A stretch of 63,648 nucleotides of DNA, filler included, from Callorhinchus milii (taxonomy: Eukaryota), in assembly GCF_018977255.1 (NCBI RefSeq). It is 2 parts of 2 records of this genome, joined end to end, with 100 filler letters (N's around TTAATTAATTAA, not from the genome) between each part and the next. Parts side by side here need not be neighbours in the genome. Positions count along the whole stretch, not along the records: positions 1 to 31,830 come from NW_024705609.1; 1 more part is not named here. One strand, 5' to 3'. A program made the position numbers and the translations under genes. Under the pieces are notes generated by a model. That model ran no database searches and was not told the DNA's origin. It worked only from the letters and a program-made list of their open reading frames with translations. This document shows, one piece after another, positions 10,976 through 22,732 of the stretch; within the stretch, counting starts at the first letter, position 1, and each line of letters starts with the position of its first letter.

Positions 10976-13900
10976 GATTGTAAATATTGTGGCTTGGCTC
11001 TCCAACACAAAGGTGTGCTGTACGAGTGACGAATTGGCCACGTCCTGTTTACGTGACAATCCTTACTAGTTGGCTGTGTCGGGTGGTGGCGGGTTTAACG
11101 ACACTTTTATATATTTACGCGATCTAACCAAAAAAACCTGTATCATGGATCATAATTATTACCACCACCACCACCATCCATTATTTGCTGCTTAAAGGCC
11201 TTTCATATTTTGTCTTAATGGTTTTACTCAATTCCGTGGTCTGTGCAAGACACACCTATTCAGACTCGCCTTCACATGACATCTAATATTTTAAATAAAA
11301 ATTCTATTTACTTTTCATTTATTTTATTCATTTTCATTTACCACTTACCTTTCTTATGCTATTTGTTGCGCACGACTGCGCTTTATTTTGCGCGCAGTTG
11401 CAATTTACTCTCCTCTGTCGGTGTTAGCCGCCGAGGTCGTGACGGGTTTATTTTTCATTTCTGTTGCTCTGTCCCCCCTGTACCGTTCCCGTTCTGTTGT
11501 AACGTGCACTGATGCCACTTTTCTGAGGGCGATATGGCACGTACAATAAATATTGATCGATGGATTGACATGAGCTAATTCATTGCTCTATCGAGGGCGT
11601 ATTTTCGGGTGTATTCACTACTTTGGCTGCCGCCCTGTCATTTGTCTCGTGCATCGGACATCATCTTTGTTTTTGTCTGTTGAACTTCTTTCGCACCGTA
11701 CATAGCCAACCGTGAAACGATGCTAATCTATCGATGGTGTCACTCAATGACTGAGAATTGAACCCAGGTGACCGGGTTGTGTGGTGCAGTGTGAGAACAG
11801 CACACACAGACATTACTCACAGGCACAGCAAATGCTATGCTGATACAAAAACAGGACATTTTTTTATTTTGATTGCCGATTTAAATTCATCCACTCGAGT
11901 GTCACGAGACATGGAATGGCACTAACACTGAGAAAAAAAATGTTTTTCCAAAGAGCAGGAGTTTGAGTGGTGTGTAATGCCCATGCCCTATTTTATGAAG
12001 CAAAATTACTTCTCTAAATTGTGCTTGTTCTAACATCCATGTCTTCTGTCTCTCAATGCAAATCCCAGAATGCACCTTTCCACAACTTCTTTGCACACTT
12101 TTCAGCTAATGTTCCATATTATGTTAAAGTCCATATTTTTTATCCATATACTTTCGCAGATAATGCACACTGATTAAACATGTTTTACTTTTGGCAGATT
12201 GGTATATTTTTTTTATAATCCAGTTCAGTTTTACAACAAAACTTCCAACCAGCTCTTGCCTCCCTCTTTATTGTATAATTTTTATCCCAGTCCATCTTCA
12301 ATAACTGCCTTAGGTATATTATACTGTGATGTGTTTTCCAGTTGTGTCCCTCCAAAATATATTTTGTCTTTGTTTAGTTAACTTGTTTTGTGCAAACAGT
12401 ATTGATATTGAGCTCTGCTTTGCTAATCGAAGGTGTGATTAGCTAAGCAGGTTGCAAAAGAAGTGCAACATATACATTTGCAGCATTAAGTAATTGTATT
12501 TTTTCCTGTAATTCATTCCAATTGGACATTATAATGATAACTTTGTCAGAAATCCTGCCATGATTAATATTTTCAATTTTTTTATGTAAAATGTCTTATA
12601 ATGTTGCTGTGAACAACGAAGGTGCATCACCCAACTCCCCGTTTCGCTATTCTGCATTTGTAAAGTGTGCATTACTTTACTTCTAAATATGTTTTATTTA
12701 GGCCTATACTTGTAAGAACCTGGAGTGACTGCTTCAATTTCTATTGATTCAAATTGTTTTCATAATCTAAAAAGGCTAAGCACAAAAAAGTATAATTGAA
12801 GGTCACTCGTCTTTGCTAGGTTCTGATGTGGTCGAAGGTAGAAAAACCTTTCCTAAACCTTGCTTGCTCATCTGGCTGGTGCTTCTCTAAAACATTATCA
12901 TTAATTTGTTTCCAATGCGGGTGTCATGTTCGGTGAAAGCAAGCTTCCAGGTGACCAAGAGCCGTGTTTCAGGCTGACATTGCCACGTGATCGTAGTTTT
13001 CCACACTTGTCCGTGCGAGTTGCAGATAGTTTACATAAGGTGCGCCGCGTATAACTCACACAGACGACCCGAACCACTTGGAGGGAGTTAGCCAAGCGCA
13101 CACTTAGGTCACAGCATCCCGCCGTCAAAGAACACAGCACCCAGTCGCCCAGGCACAGAGTACATCATACACAGTTAGCCAAGCACAGTTATCCATCCTC
13201 ATAGTTCATGCAGCTTTAATGATGCACAACGAGACTGTATTTACCATTCGAAAGTGAGCCGGAAATCTATTTTATTTTCTATTACTTAAGTATGTTATGG
13301 TAATTAATTATATGTTATGTTGGCCATATGTCACTGTGTTACTATAAGGAAATTTGATTATGAATCCAACTATAATTTCACCTTTTTATAATAGCTGCTG
13401 CTGGTAGAAGACAGTTGCGAGATCCGAGTGAATTATCCACTAATTTGTTTAATGAACTCTTAGAATGTTGTAGAAGGCCGTGTATATAAATAGATACGGT
13501 TTAATTTAGTAAACAAAACAAATTATTACATGAATACCCATTGCATTGCTCTCTATACGATATTTAATCACATTAACAATGATCGAGTTAATATATTACA
13601 GTTAATAATGAAAATAACAGATAAATATCACCATTAACCACTATTAATACTGTAATATGGCATTTGACTGAATGTTATTCGCTTAACGGTATTTTGGCCC
13701 CAAAGTTGGCTTACTAGTAGCTATGAACTCAAACAATCCATATACCGCAGTATTTGCGACGGAACACATTAATAAATGCAATTTCTTTCATTGTTCGTTC
13801 GAAATGTCATTTGAATAATAATAAAAAATGACGACGGTAAATTAAAATTTCAAAAGAAACAATTGGGTACATTTATCGTATTATATTTCAATTACAGCCC

Positions 13901-14446
13901 AACTTACGTTGGCCGTAATGCTAACCCTTTTTAGTATCGAAGGGTAAAGTGCCACACATTTACATGTATATGGCATTAGGGCAGTGTTGATCAATTTCAC
14001 GCAGAGACGTTGCCTCAGGAACATATACACATATATATAATCATACTCAAGAAAAATCATAGTAATAAACTGCATCAAGCTTAAATGGGTCACTTTGACA
14101 GCTCTTATTGAATGCACCTAGCCAATTAAAAATTGGTTTAATATGTCCATATATTGTTTCATCAGCAATATGCACGTTAAATTACTGACTTGTGAAAAAA
14201 TATGGATATTACCACGCAGTCATTGCGTATTGTTAACTACAGACCGCTGTGATTCTCAAAGGTTGATACAACATTTATTAGTGGTTTTATGCACGTGGTG
14301 TGACGTGGCATGTGTATAGATGGATCTGTAGTAACGCAGATGAAGCTCTAAAGAATAGGGAATACCTTTAAGCAAAAATTGCGGCTCTAAGCAACAGCGC
14401 CATCGAGGGTAGGTTCGGGTTCACATGTCTGCAAGAGCAGTGCACT

Positions 14447-14736
14447 TGCGGTGGCGAGATGTTAATCCGCTCGCCTGGTAAGCAGGAGGGCGTACGATCT
14501 ATCCCGACTGCGGCGCCTACTGCTGCTGTATATTTAGAGTTTGCATGTTCTCGCCGTGGTAGCGTGGATTTATTTCTACCGGTTTTTCCTTTCATATTTA
14601 GGAAACGCGCATTTAGGGTATTTGGCTGCTTTAAATTTCCACGTGCTAACTCACTTCGTTGAGCTATAATGTGTAAGCCCGGTCGCTTCAGAAAAAGCGC
14701 TATATAATTCAGTGGGCCTTACCTAGTAAAATAAAA
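14447..14736 (+). mobile_element. V-SINE-like tRNA-derived SINE
   Basis: tRNA-like head ggtggcgagatg, central gagtttgcatgttctcgccgtgg..gtggattt (V-domain-like), tail ccttacctagtaaaataaa. Confidence 0.72.
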
Positions 14737-14900
14737 ACAATTGTTTCGTTTATAAAATTAGGGAAATCTGCAGGAAAATGCTTTCAGCCTCTGCTATAAA
14801 TTGTGCTTCATCGCCACCTGCTGTTCGTTCCTTCATTTCAGCAACATTTGGTGACATTACCCGATTTGCAATCACAGTACAATCGTCGTATAAGTATAAG

Positions 14901-15284
14901 GGGCCGTCCATAAATGACGTCACGCACCTAGGGGCGGGGGTCAGACATTTGTGACGATGTGTGACGAGGGGAGGGGGGTTTAAAATGTGACGTCACATCA
15001 AAATGCGCAACTTTAAATAAATATAGACAACGCGTTCTACTTAATTAAATCGACTTTTTAATAAATGTTTTCTCCTACAACATCAGAGTGCAGCGCCACA
15101 TTAAATACGCACTACAATGACAATAGTTTAAAGCGATTTGAAGCATGTTTATGGTTTGGGGTCGGGGGCAGAGCTTTGTGACGTCATATTTGAGGGGGGG
15201 GTCTGACTTTTGTGACCCTATGTGACGAGGGGGGGGGAGTAAAAAAATCGTCCAAAATCGCGTGACGTCATTTATGGACGGCCC
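14901..15284. mobile_element. PIF/Harbinger-like MITE
   Basis: Perfect 25-bp TIR gggccgtccataaatgacgtcacgc / gcgtgacgtcatttatggacggccc with TA-rich flanks. Superfamily is inferred from the termini. Confidence 0.75.
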
Positions 15285-17180
15285 TATGTGTGGGGTAGAG
15301 GCGACGCCAATCAGGGAATACAGTGACGACGTATTTGCGAAACTCATACCGTGTCAACCCATGCGGTTTAACCTCGTATTCTTGTGCAGCGAAATTGAGT
15401 TTTCAGGTCCGTACGGCATACAGCCGTTTTAATAAGGGCACATTTTTTTGTCTGTTTGTGTTTATCACTTGTGATGGGACTTTGTCAGATGAACGTTGAG
15501 ATTTATTAGGGCACGGGGTGACTAATAAGGTCTGAATTGGTCTGTAATAAGGTAGGGCACTGATAAGGGGGTGACAGGTATGGGAACTATGTAAAAGGGG
15601 TAGACGTACATCGGTGCATTGCTCTACTCTACACCACAAGTCGTCTATCTAACGAGTCCGGAGGCCCCTTTTTTTAAGAAGAAAGAAAAGCTCTTGCCTA
15701 GAATGCGAATCTAAATTCGCATTGAATACTTCTTGTATTTTTAAATCAAACCAGGTCATATAGCGGTAGTTATCAACTATAGTTCTTTCGGGGGAGGGGG
15801 CCGGGACACAGGTTGTGGCATGGAAACTATGCAGGAGATAATTTCGAATCCGCATGGGGGATTGCCAGCGCCGATTTGTATCGACGAAACAAGCAACCAA
15901 TTAACGTCGCCATGATGAGATGCGTGGACACGTGGGCACTCAGTAAATTGTGCCCTGAGTAACGTTAGTTGTGGTTTTGGGGGCCCGCCGGGGCAAATTG
16001 GTCTTGATTAGGGGCCCATACCAGTACGGTTGGGAGCCACTGGATTGGAGGGATGATGCCATAATGTGCTAACAAATTGGGCTTCCATTATTTATTTATT
16101 ATTGCATATATATTTTTGGCCTGGAACATCGACCTACCCTTGTCCACGTTTCTGTGCGGTACACTGATTAAAAACGTTTTCATCTATACGAGCGTCGGCG
16201 TGTTGTTTCTCATTACTGCTTCAAGTTCACATTTACAGAAATTCTCAAACCCTCTTTTGCCCACCTCTTTATTTCATCCTTTGTATCTCCTCAGTCCACC
16301 TTAAAAAAAAACTACATCAGATATACGCGTACTCTTCGCTGTTTTCCAGATGCGTCCTGCGACCGATATATCTGATTGTTTAGAAAAAGCATCGTGCATG
16401 TTTTATTTGGCAAACATTTATCTTCAGTGCATCTTTGCAGACTGATGATTAAGTGCTTCTAAAATTTCCTGTGGCTCATTCCATTGGACGTCATAATGAC
16501 TGTATCGTCAGCAAAATCTGAGATGGTTAATGTCTCCAGTTATATTTATGTGTTTGTGTCCCCAATCTAATGTCTCATAATGTACGTGTTTCTTTGTCTA
16601 ATCCAGGACAGTATATAATTTTGGCGAAAGCTGACAACTCGCCAAAGTGATTCACAGCTACATTGTAAGATGATTTTATGCACTGCATAAAAAAATATTT
16701 TAATTATTATTTCCCCAAGGAAAATCTCACCGAGTCCTCTTTTGGATGTTGGCCAGTTCCATTTTGAGTAGTTCTACAGAAGGGAGGAATGCAGAGTACC
16801 CTGGAAAACCTGGCACATATTAGGGGATAATTAAAAAATCCACACTGGTACAGAATGTCAACCACCTGCTTGCTGTACTGCCTTGTGTTTGCCTCCACAT
16901 TTCCCTAAAGACACGTTCCCATGTGAAAGATGGCCTCCGTGTGATTTACCAACCCTGCCATCTAAGAGATGGATATCATGTATGTATCTTGAACTTCTTT
17001 CACACCGTACGTAGCCAACTGTGCTTCTCATCACGTGCCACCAGGCCCAACACTCATTTAACCACCATCTCAGGGGATATTCACTTTCGATATGTTCCAC
17101 TTAGTAAGGATGTATCCTTTATTTCACGCGTGAGACATTTTTGCTATTGTGTCCTTACTCGTGAAAGCATAAATTCACTG

Positions 17181-17375
17181 GGGTGGAGCGGTGGCGCAGC
17201 AGTTAGCACACTGCACTATGAACCCCGGAAGTCTGAGTTGGATTTCCTGGCTACGGCTAACAATGGCGAGTAATATCTGAACTGGTATCGAACCTCCACC
17301 CCCGTACCCCTCCGCCAACCTGCACTGACGAGCATGGGAAAGTTTACCTCCACAGTGTGAGCGAGGCCTTCATCC
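17181..17375 (+). mobile_element. tRNA-derived SINE abutting the LINE 3' end
   Basis: Head ggggtggagcggtggcgcagcagttagcacactgcactatgaaccc, homologous to the minus-strand SINEs at 25.3-26.5 kb. Confidence 0.65.
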
Positions 17376-17377
17376 AG

Positions 17378-20300
17378 CAGTAATAATAGTACAATTTGTA
17401 ACGCGCGCAAATTTGCAGACGTAGTGGCCGCAACTCAGAGGCGCGGAGCCAAGCTCAGAGTCGCTCAAAAGCATGATTGTAGAGGTGAGTTTTTAAGTGT
17501 CTCTTGAAGGAGGCGATTGAGGTGATGCTGCGAATGTGCAGAGGGATATCGTTCCAGACTGTTGGGGCTGCCACCGAGAAGCGGCGCGTAGACATGACCA
17601 TCCTGGATCTTGGTATTGAGAGGAGGTCGTGAGTCGCGCTGCGCAGGCATCTGCCGTGTGCTGAGCTGCAAGTTGTCAGTAATGAAGAAAGGTACGGCGG
17701 GCAGGCGGATATGAAGGCATTGTGGCAGAGGCAGGCGGTCTTGTATGTGACCCTACTGGCAATGGGGAGCCAGTTGAGAGCGCGGAGACGAGCTAGTGAG
17801 TCGAGGCGGGGATGAGTGTGGGCAATGACGACGCGTGCTAGGTTATTTTGTAGTCTTTGAAGCTTCCTTAGGTTGCCAGCGGAGGTCCGGACAAGGACGG
17901 AGTTACAATAGTCAAGGCGAGACCCAACTATGCAACATGCCAAAGTGTTGGCAATTTCAGTAGAGATGAGAGGACGTATGTGTCTAAGAGCCTTCAGGTG
18001 AAAGTTACATGAGCTGATGATATGGTTGGTTTGACGGTCGAAGGATAAAGTTGAATCTAGGATGACACCGAGGTAGCTGAAGTGGTTGGTGAACTTGATG
18101 CTATGACCGAAGATGTGTATGTGTGTGGGGAGTGCTGCTGAATTGAGACGTTGCTTGGTACCTAACATGATGGCCACTGACTTTTTCGGATTAAGGGCTA
18201 GGTTGTGTGCAGTGAACCATTGTTGCACGGCGGTGGTACATTCCGAGAGCCTCTCGAATCCAGATGCATTGCTAGAATCGATGGCGGTGAATAGAATCGT
18301 GTCATCCGCGTATGAGTGATGCTTAACACCGAAGCTTGCAATGAGTCGGCCGATCGGGGAAGTGTAGGCTGTGAAGAGCAGGGGACCTAGAACAGAGCCC
18401 TGGGGAACCCCGCATAATGCTCTTGTTTCAGGCGATGTGGACATGCCCACCCTGACTGAGGATTGCCGGTCAGAAAGGTACGAAGCTATCCACTTGAGTG
18501 CTGAGCCGCATATACCGAAGTCGGATTTCAGGAGGGAAGTAAGGAGCGAATGGTTGATGGTGTCGAAGGCTGACGAAATGTCCAGACTTACAAGTGCAAC
18601 AGTTGAGCCGGAATCAACGATCGTTAAAATGTCATCGAGCACCCTAGTGAGTGCTGTTTCTGTGGAATAGTTTTGACGGTAAGCTGACTGGAAGTTGCAG
18701 TAGTTTGCGGAGGAGGTGATGTGTGGTTGTAGCTGGGCGAGGGCTAGTCGTTCAAGGAGTTTAGAGAGGTTCGAGAGGTTAGTGATGGGACGATAACTAG
18801 ATGGGTCATCCGGATCTAGATTTGGTTTCTTTAACAAGGGAGAAACCAGGCCAGATTTGAGGTTGGACGGAAAACACCCCGAAGAGAAGGAGGCATTTGC
18901 GATGTTCCTGATCATGATGGCGAGTTCCGGAGCACATTGCTTGAACAAGGAACCTGGGAGCACGTCGAGTGGAGATGACTTCAAAGGAAGTGATTCAATT
19001 AAAGCGAAAACGTCTTTTGTAGACACAGGCTTTAGCATAGTTAGAAGAGTGTCTGGGTTAGTGCTTACAATTTTAGGTACCATGAGCGGGGTACAATGGT
19101 GCAATGTGTCAGTAGACGTGCACGAGTTTGCGACGGCGATTAGCTTGTTGTTGAAGTAAGTATTAAAAGAGGTGGCAAGTTTCAGTGAGGCAAGGGGATC
19201 GCTAAGGTGAGGGACCATGGTGCTACCAGGATGGAGAAGATCTTTGAGAGTTTTCCATAGAATGCGCGGGTTTCCGGTTGCTTTTTTGATGCGTTCCTCA
19301 ATGTGGGAGGAACGTGAGACAAGGATCAGTTTGTTAGTTTTCCTGCAGGCGACTCTGTAAGCAAGTCGATCAGCAGGTAGACCACTGCGGGATGCGATAC
19401 GTTCAAGACGCCTCCTGGTTCGCTTAGCAATGATGGCATCTCTTGAGAGCCAGTGAGTGTCGTGAGAAGACTGCCTAGCGGTTCGTGATTTTAATGGAGC
19501 TAGTTTGTCCAGCGCCGCCCTCATGTCAGCTTCTAGTTGGAGAGCGCAGACGGTTGGATCCGATGATGGGGATAACATTGAAAGCGAGTTTGCAAGGAGG
19601 TGACGAAAAGCAGAAAATTCGATACCCTTAAAATTACGCAAGTTGCGGGTGAATTTGATGGTGATTGGCTTCGGAAATTGGAGGGAAGAAAGTATAAGGC
19701 GGTGGTCGGAGTAACCAGTTTGGAAAACTCCCAGTGCAGTGATGCGTCGGTGCTGGTTAGGTTCCAGAACCAGGTCGAGCATGCTCTCAACGTTTGTTGA
19801 CGAAGCTCTGGTGGGGCCTGAGTTTGTGATGACCAGGTTATGGCAGGCCAAAGTTGACTCAAGGTGACTATCGATGGAGGCTGGGGTATTGCCGGGGCAA
19901 TTGAAGTCGCCTGTAAGCACGAGCCTGTGAGATGGGTTAGGAATCAGATATAGGAATTCCGAAAGCTCATTTACGAAGGTGTTGATGCTGCCATCTGGAG
20001 GGCGATAGATGGAAATAATGTAAAGCACTCGTTGTTAGTAGTAAGGGATACGGACTGGACCTCGAATGTGGCCTGAGCCATTGGTAGATGGAGCTCTTTA
20101 ATTTTCAAGTGAGCATTGTAAACGACCGCTAAGCCACCACCCCGCTGGTTAGTTGCGCGAGGTTTATGTAGAACCTTGTATCCTGGGGGCGCAACTTCCA
20201 GAGAGATAGCTGGCGGGGAGTCTTGCCTGCACCAGGTCTCAGTGATGAGCAAAAGGTCGATGTGGTGGTCCGAGATGGTGTCGTGAATCAGGGCTGATTT

Positions 20301-20460
20301 ATTGGTGATGGAGCGTGCGTTGAGCAGACCGAGGCGGATATGTGAAGGTAGATGTGAAGATCCGTGCAGGTGAGGCGTCGAGGGAACAGAGGAGTTGGCT
20401 GGTTCGAGGTCGACCTGTGATTTAAGAGAGAGGCATAGAGAGAGACACACAGAGAGTCGA
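17378..20460 (-). mobile_element. L2-clade-like LINE, 5'-truncated, near-intact ORF2 (AP endonuclease + reverse transcriptase)
   Basis: ORF 19971..20450 has APE motifs (LLNARS, ITETW, RGGGLA). ORF 17455..20028 has IYRPP, GDFN, SDH, YRPI, LDISSAFD, GVPQGSVLGP, YADD and C-terminal NWLPI..R..YK. One frameshift near 20030. Short 3' UTR ends in TATTATTAC. Confidence 0.93.
17455..20028 (-). CDS. LINE ORF2 reverse transcriptase (857-aa open segment)
   Basis: Uninterrupted ORF with RT motifs including YADD. The N-terminal endonuclease part is in another frame. Confidence 0.9.
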   Translation of the reverse strand: MLYIISIYRPPDGSINTFVNELSEFLYLIPNPSHRLVLTGDFNCPGNTPASIDSHLESTLACHNLVITNSGPTRASSTNVESMLDLVLEPNQHRRITALGVFQTGYSDHRLILSSLQFPKPITIKFTRNLRNFKGIEFSAFRHLLANSLSMLSPSSDPTVCALQLEADMRAALDKLAPLKSRTARQSSHDTHWLSRDAIIAKRTRRRLERIASRSGLPADRLAYRVACRKTNKLILVSRSSHIEERIKKATGNPRILWKTLKDLLHPGSTMVPHLSDPLASLKLATSFNTYFNNKLIAVANSCTSTDTLHHCTPLMVPKIVSTNPDTLLTMLKPVSTKDVFALIESLPLKSSPLDVLPGSLFKQCAPELAIMIRNIANASFSSGCFPSNLKSGLVSPLLKKPNLDPDDPSSYRPITNLSNLSKLLERLALAQLQPHITSSANYCNFQSAYRQNYSTETALTRVLDDILTIVDSGSTVALVSLDISSAFDTINHSLLTSLLKSDFGICGSALKWIASYLSDRQSSVRVGMSTSPETRALCGVPQGSVLGPLLFTAYTSPIGRLIASFGVKHHSYADDTILFTAIDSSNASGFERLSECTTAVQQWFTAHNLALNPKKSVAIMLGTKQRLNSAALPTHIHIFGHSIKFTNHFSYLGVILDSTLSFDRQTNHIISSCNFHLKALRHIRPLISTEIANTLACCIVGSRLDYCNSVLVRTSAGNLRKLQRLQNNLARVVIAHTHPRLDSLARLRALNWLPIASRVTYKTACLCHNAFISACPPYLSSLLTTCSSAHGRCLRSATHDLLSIPRSRMVMSTRRFSVAAPTVWNDIPLHIRSITSIASFKRHLKTHLYNHAFERL

Positions 20461-20524
20461 AATAACAGCTGAAATAGGCAGGTAGGATGGAAACATCACA
20501 GTAAGTTAAGACTTTACCTGGTTA

Positions 20525-22720
20525 ATAACGTCCTTCAATGATTGCTCAGTTTGTACGCATCTTCTCGGTTGAAGTTGTGTCTGTGTTTATATATCTGGAT
20601 GGCTTCATGAACAAATCTCTGAAGGTAGCCGGTAGGTTTGCAGAGTACCTCCATCTTGGAAAAATACATTTCGTGTGAGTCCACAGCGTTAAAACAATGA
20701 TCAGCAATGGCAGAGGTATTGGTCCTACCATGTTTCAGATCTGCCTTGTGTTCACGAACGCGGTCCGAGACATGTCGTTTCGTTTCCCCAATGTAACTGC
20801 TGCCACAACCACAACTCAATTTGTAGACACCAGGGTATTGCATGTCAGGAATCACATTCTTTACAGATGCGATTAAATCACGGATTCTGTGTACTGTGTT
20901 GAAACGAACCTGGATCTTGTGTTTGTTTAAGATTTTGGAAATATCTTTGGTAACCTGCTATGTATGTAAAGTGATGGTTTTGGTTGGATCCTCAGAAGGT
21001 TGTCTCCCCATGGCTGGGGTGACAGCTTTGCGGATTGTACGGTCCGAGAGGGCTTGGTGTACGTGCTCCAACTCACTAACTAGGTGGTGCTGGTCAGATA
21101 TGCAACGGGCCCTATGGTGTAGTGTTTTGATGAGGGAATTCTTCTGGGCTGGATGGTGGTGGGAGTCAGGCTTTAGATAGGCATCCGTGTGGGTGGCTTT
21201 CCTGTAGACCAATGTCTCGATCAAAACATATAGGAATGGTAGTTTGCCATCCTTTTCCACTTCCATGGTGAATTTGATAGACGGGTGTATGGAATTGATG
21301 TGGTTGAGAAATTGGTTGAGTGCTGGCAGGCCATGTGGCCAGATGACGAATGTCTCATCTACGCATCTCTTCCACAAGGGAGGATGTAGGGTGGATGTCT
21401 GGATGGCATCTGTCTCAAATTTCTCCATGAAAACATTCGCTACCACTGGCGATAAGGAAGAACCCATTGGGGTACCCTCATTTTGTTTGTATAATGTACC
21501 ATTCCAGGTGAATTATGTGTTGGTAAGACAGTGCCTTACCAAAGTTGGTACATCTGGATTCAGTCGTTGTTGGACCAAGTCTTCAATGATTGCAATGGTG
21601 TCAAGTACAGGTACATTTGTGAACAGAGAGACTACATCGAAACTTACGAGTAAATAATCTGGGGACAGTGAGATGTCTTTAATTGACGATACCAGGAGTT
21701 AAGAACAGAAGAGGTGTCTTACTAGTGAATGGCTGTGAGGTCTCAGACAGATATCGGGCCAGTTTGTCGGTGGGTGAATCAATGGTAGAGACGATGGGAC
21801 GAAGGGGTGTACCTTCTTTATGGATTTTTGGTGAGCCATATAATCTGGGTGGTCTTCCAGCAGAAGGTTTTAAGGAAAACCATTGGTCTGTTCAATTAAT
21901 TAAGCTGAATGAGTGATATTGTTCGTTTTTGTAACGAGGTTGTTGGTGGGATCTCTCTTATTTTTGTCTAGCTACCATCATTAAGTAGGTCCTGACATGA
22001 TTTTGTCCATGATGACAGTGGCATTGCCCTTGTTGGCTGAGAGCATAACGATATCATCCCTCTTTTTCATTGAGATAACTCAAACGATCATCCTTATTGA
22101 TATTGCTGACTGATATCTTAGTGCTTTTGAGGGTTGCAGTGAATTCAGATCTTGTCACATCTGCAGCGATGTGTCCCAAACCCTTAAGAGCTACATCGAC
22201 CTGGGCAATGATGTCATCCACTGGTATCTGTTTTGGGGGTGACTGCAAAGTTGAACCCTTTAGCTAAAACTGACTTTAGACCATCGGAAATTGGGTTATT
22301 ACTCAGATTAATAACAACCTTGTCAACGTCTAACTTTTTTAAGTGTGGATTTGATTTCTTCTTGGAAAGGAGGTTGAACTTAGCTGACATTGAATCGGCT
22401 GATGAAGCAGTCATGTTATCTACATGTTCCCAATCAGATGTAGACATTTTTTCCATCAATTTTAAGTGTGATTTCAAGAGTCTCTTGTCTACATGATCTA
22501 GTTCAGTACGGAGCAGTCTAATTCTCTCTGAGATCAGGGTCAAGCTAGTCCTGAACTAAATTCGTTTGGCATTGGAAGATGTGACAGCAGCAGAGGTCAG
22601 TGTGAATGAGGTCGGTATTACCTTAGAGTCGCAGCATCTCTTCAGAAATGTGAGTGACTAGATCAGATGAAGCATTCTTGTCTCGGAGTTTGTTAAAATA
22701 TCTTATGGTTATGTGGAAAC
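20525..22720 (-). mobile_element. Degenerate Penelope-like retroelement (RT + GIY-YIG), nearly full ORF, 3' UTR missing
   Basis: Fragments VINLS..VLAKGFNFAVTPK, LYGSPKIHK, MGSSLSPVVANVFME, LVYRKATHTDAYL, GVYKLSCGCGSSYIGETKR..RVREH. Many stops and frameshifts. Confidence 0.92.
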
Positions 22721-22732
22721 CCTCCCTGTAGA

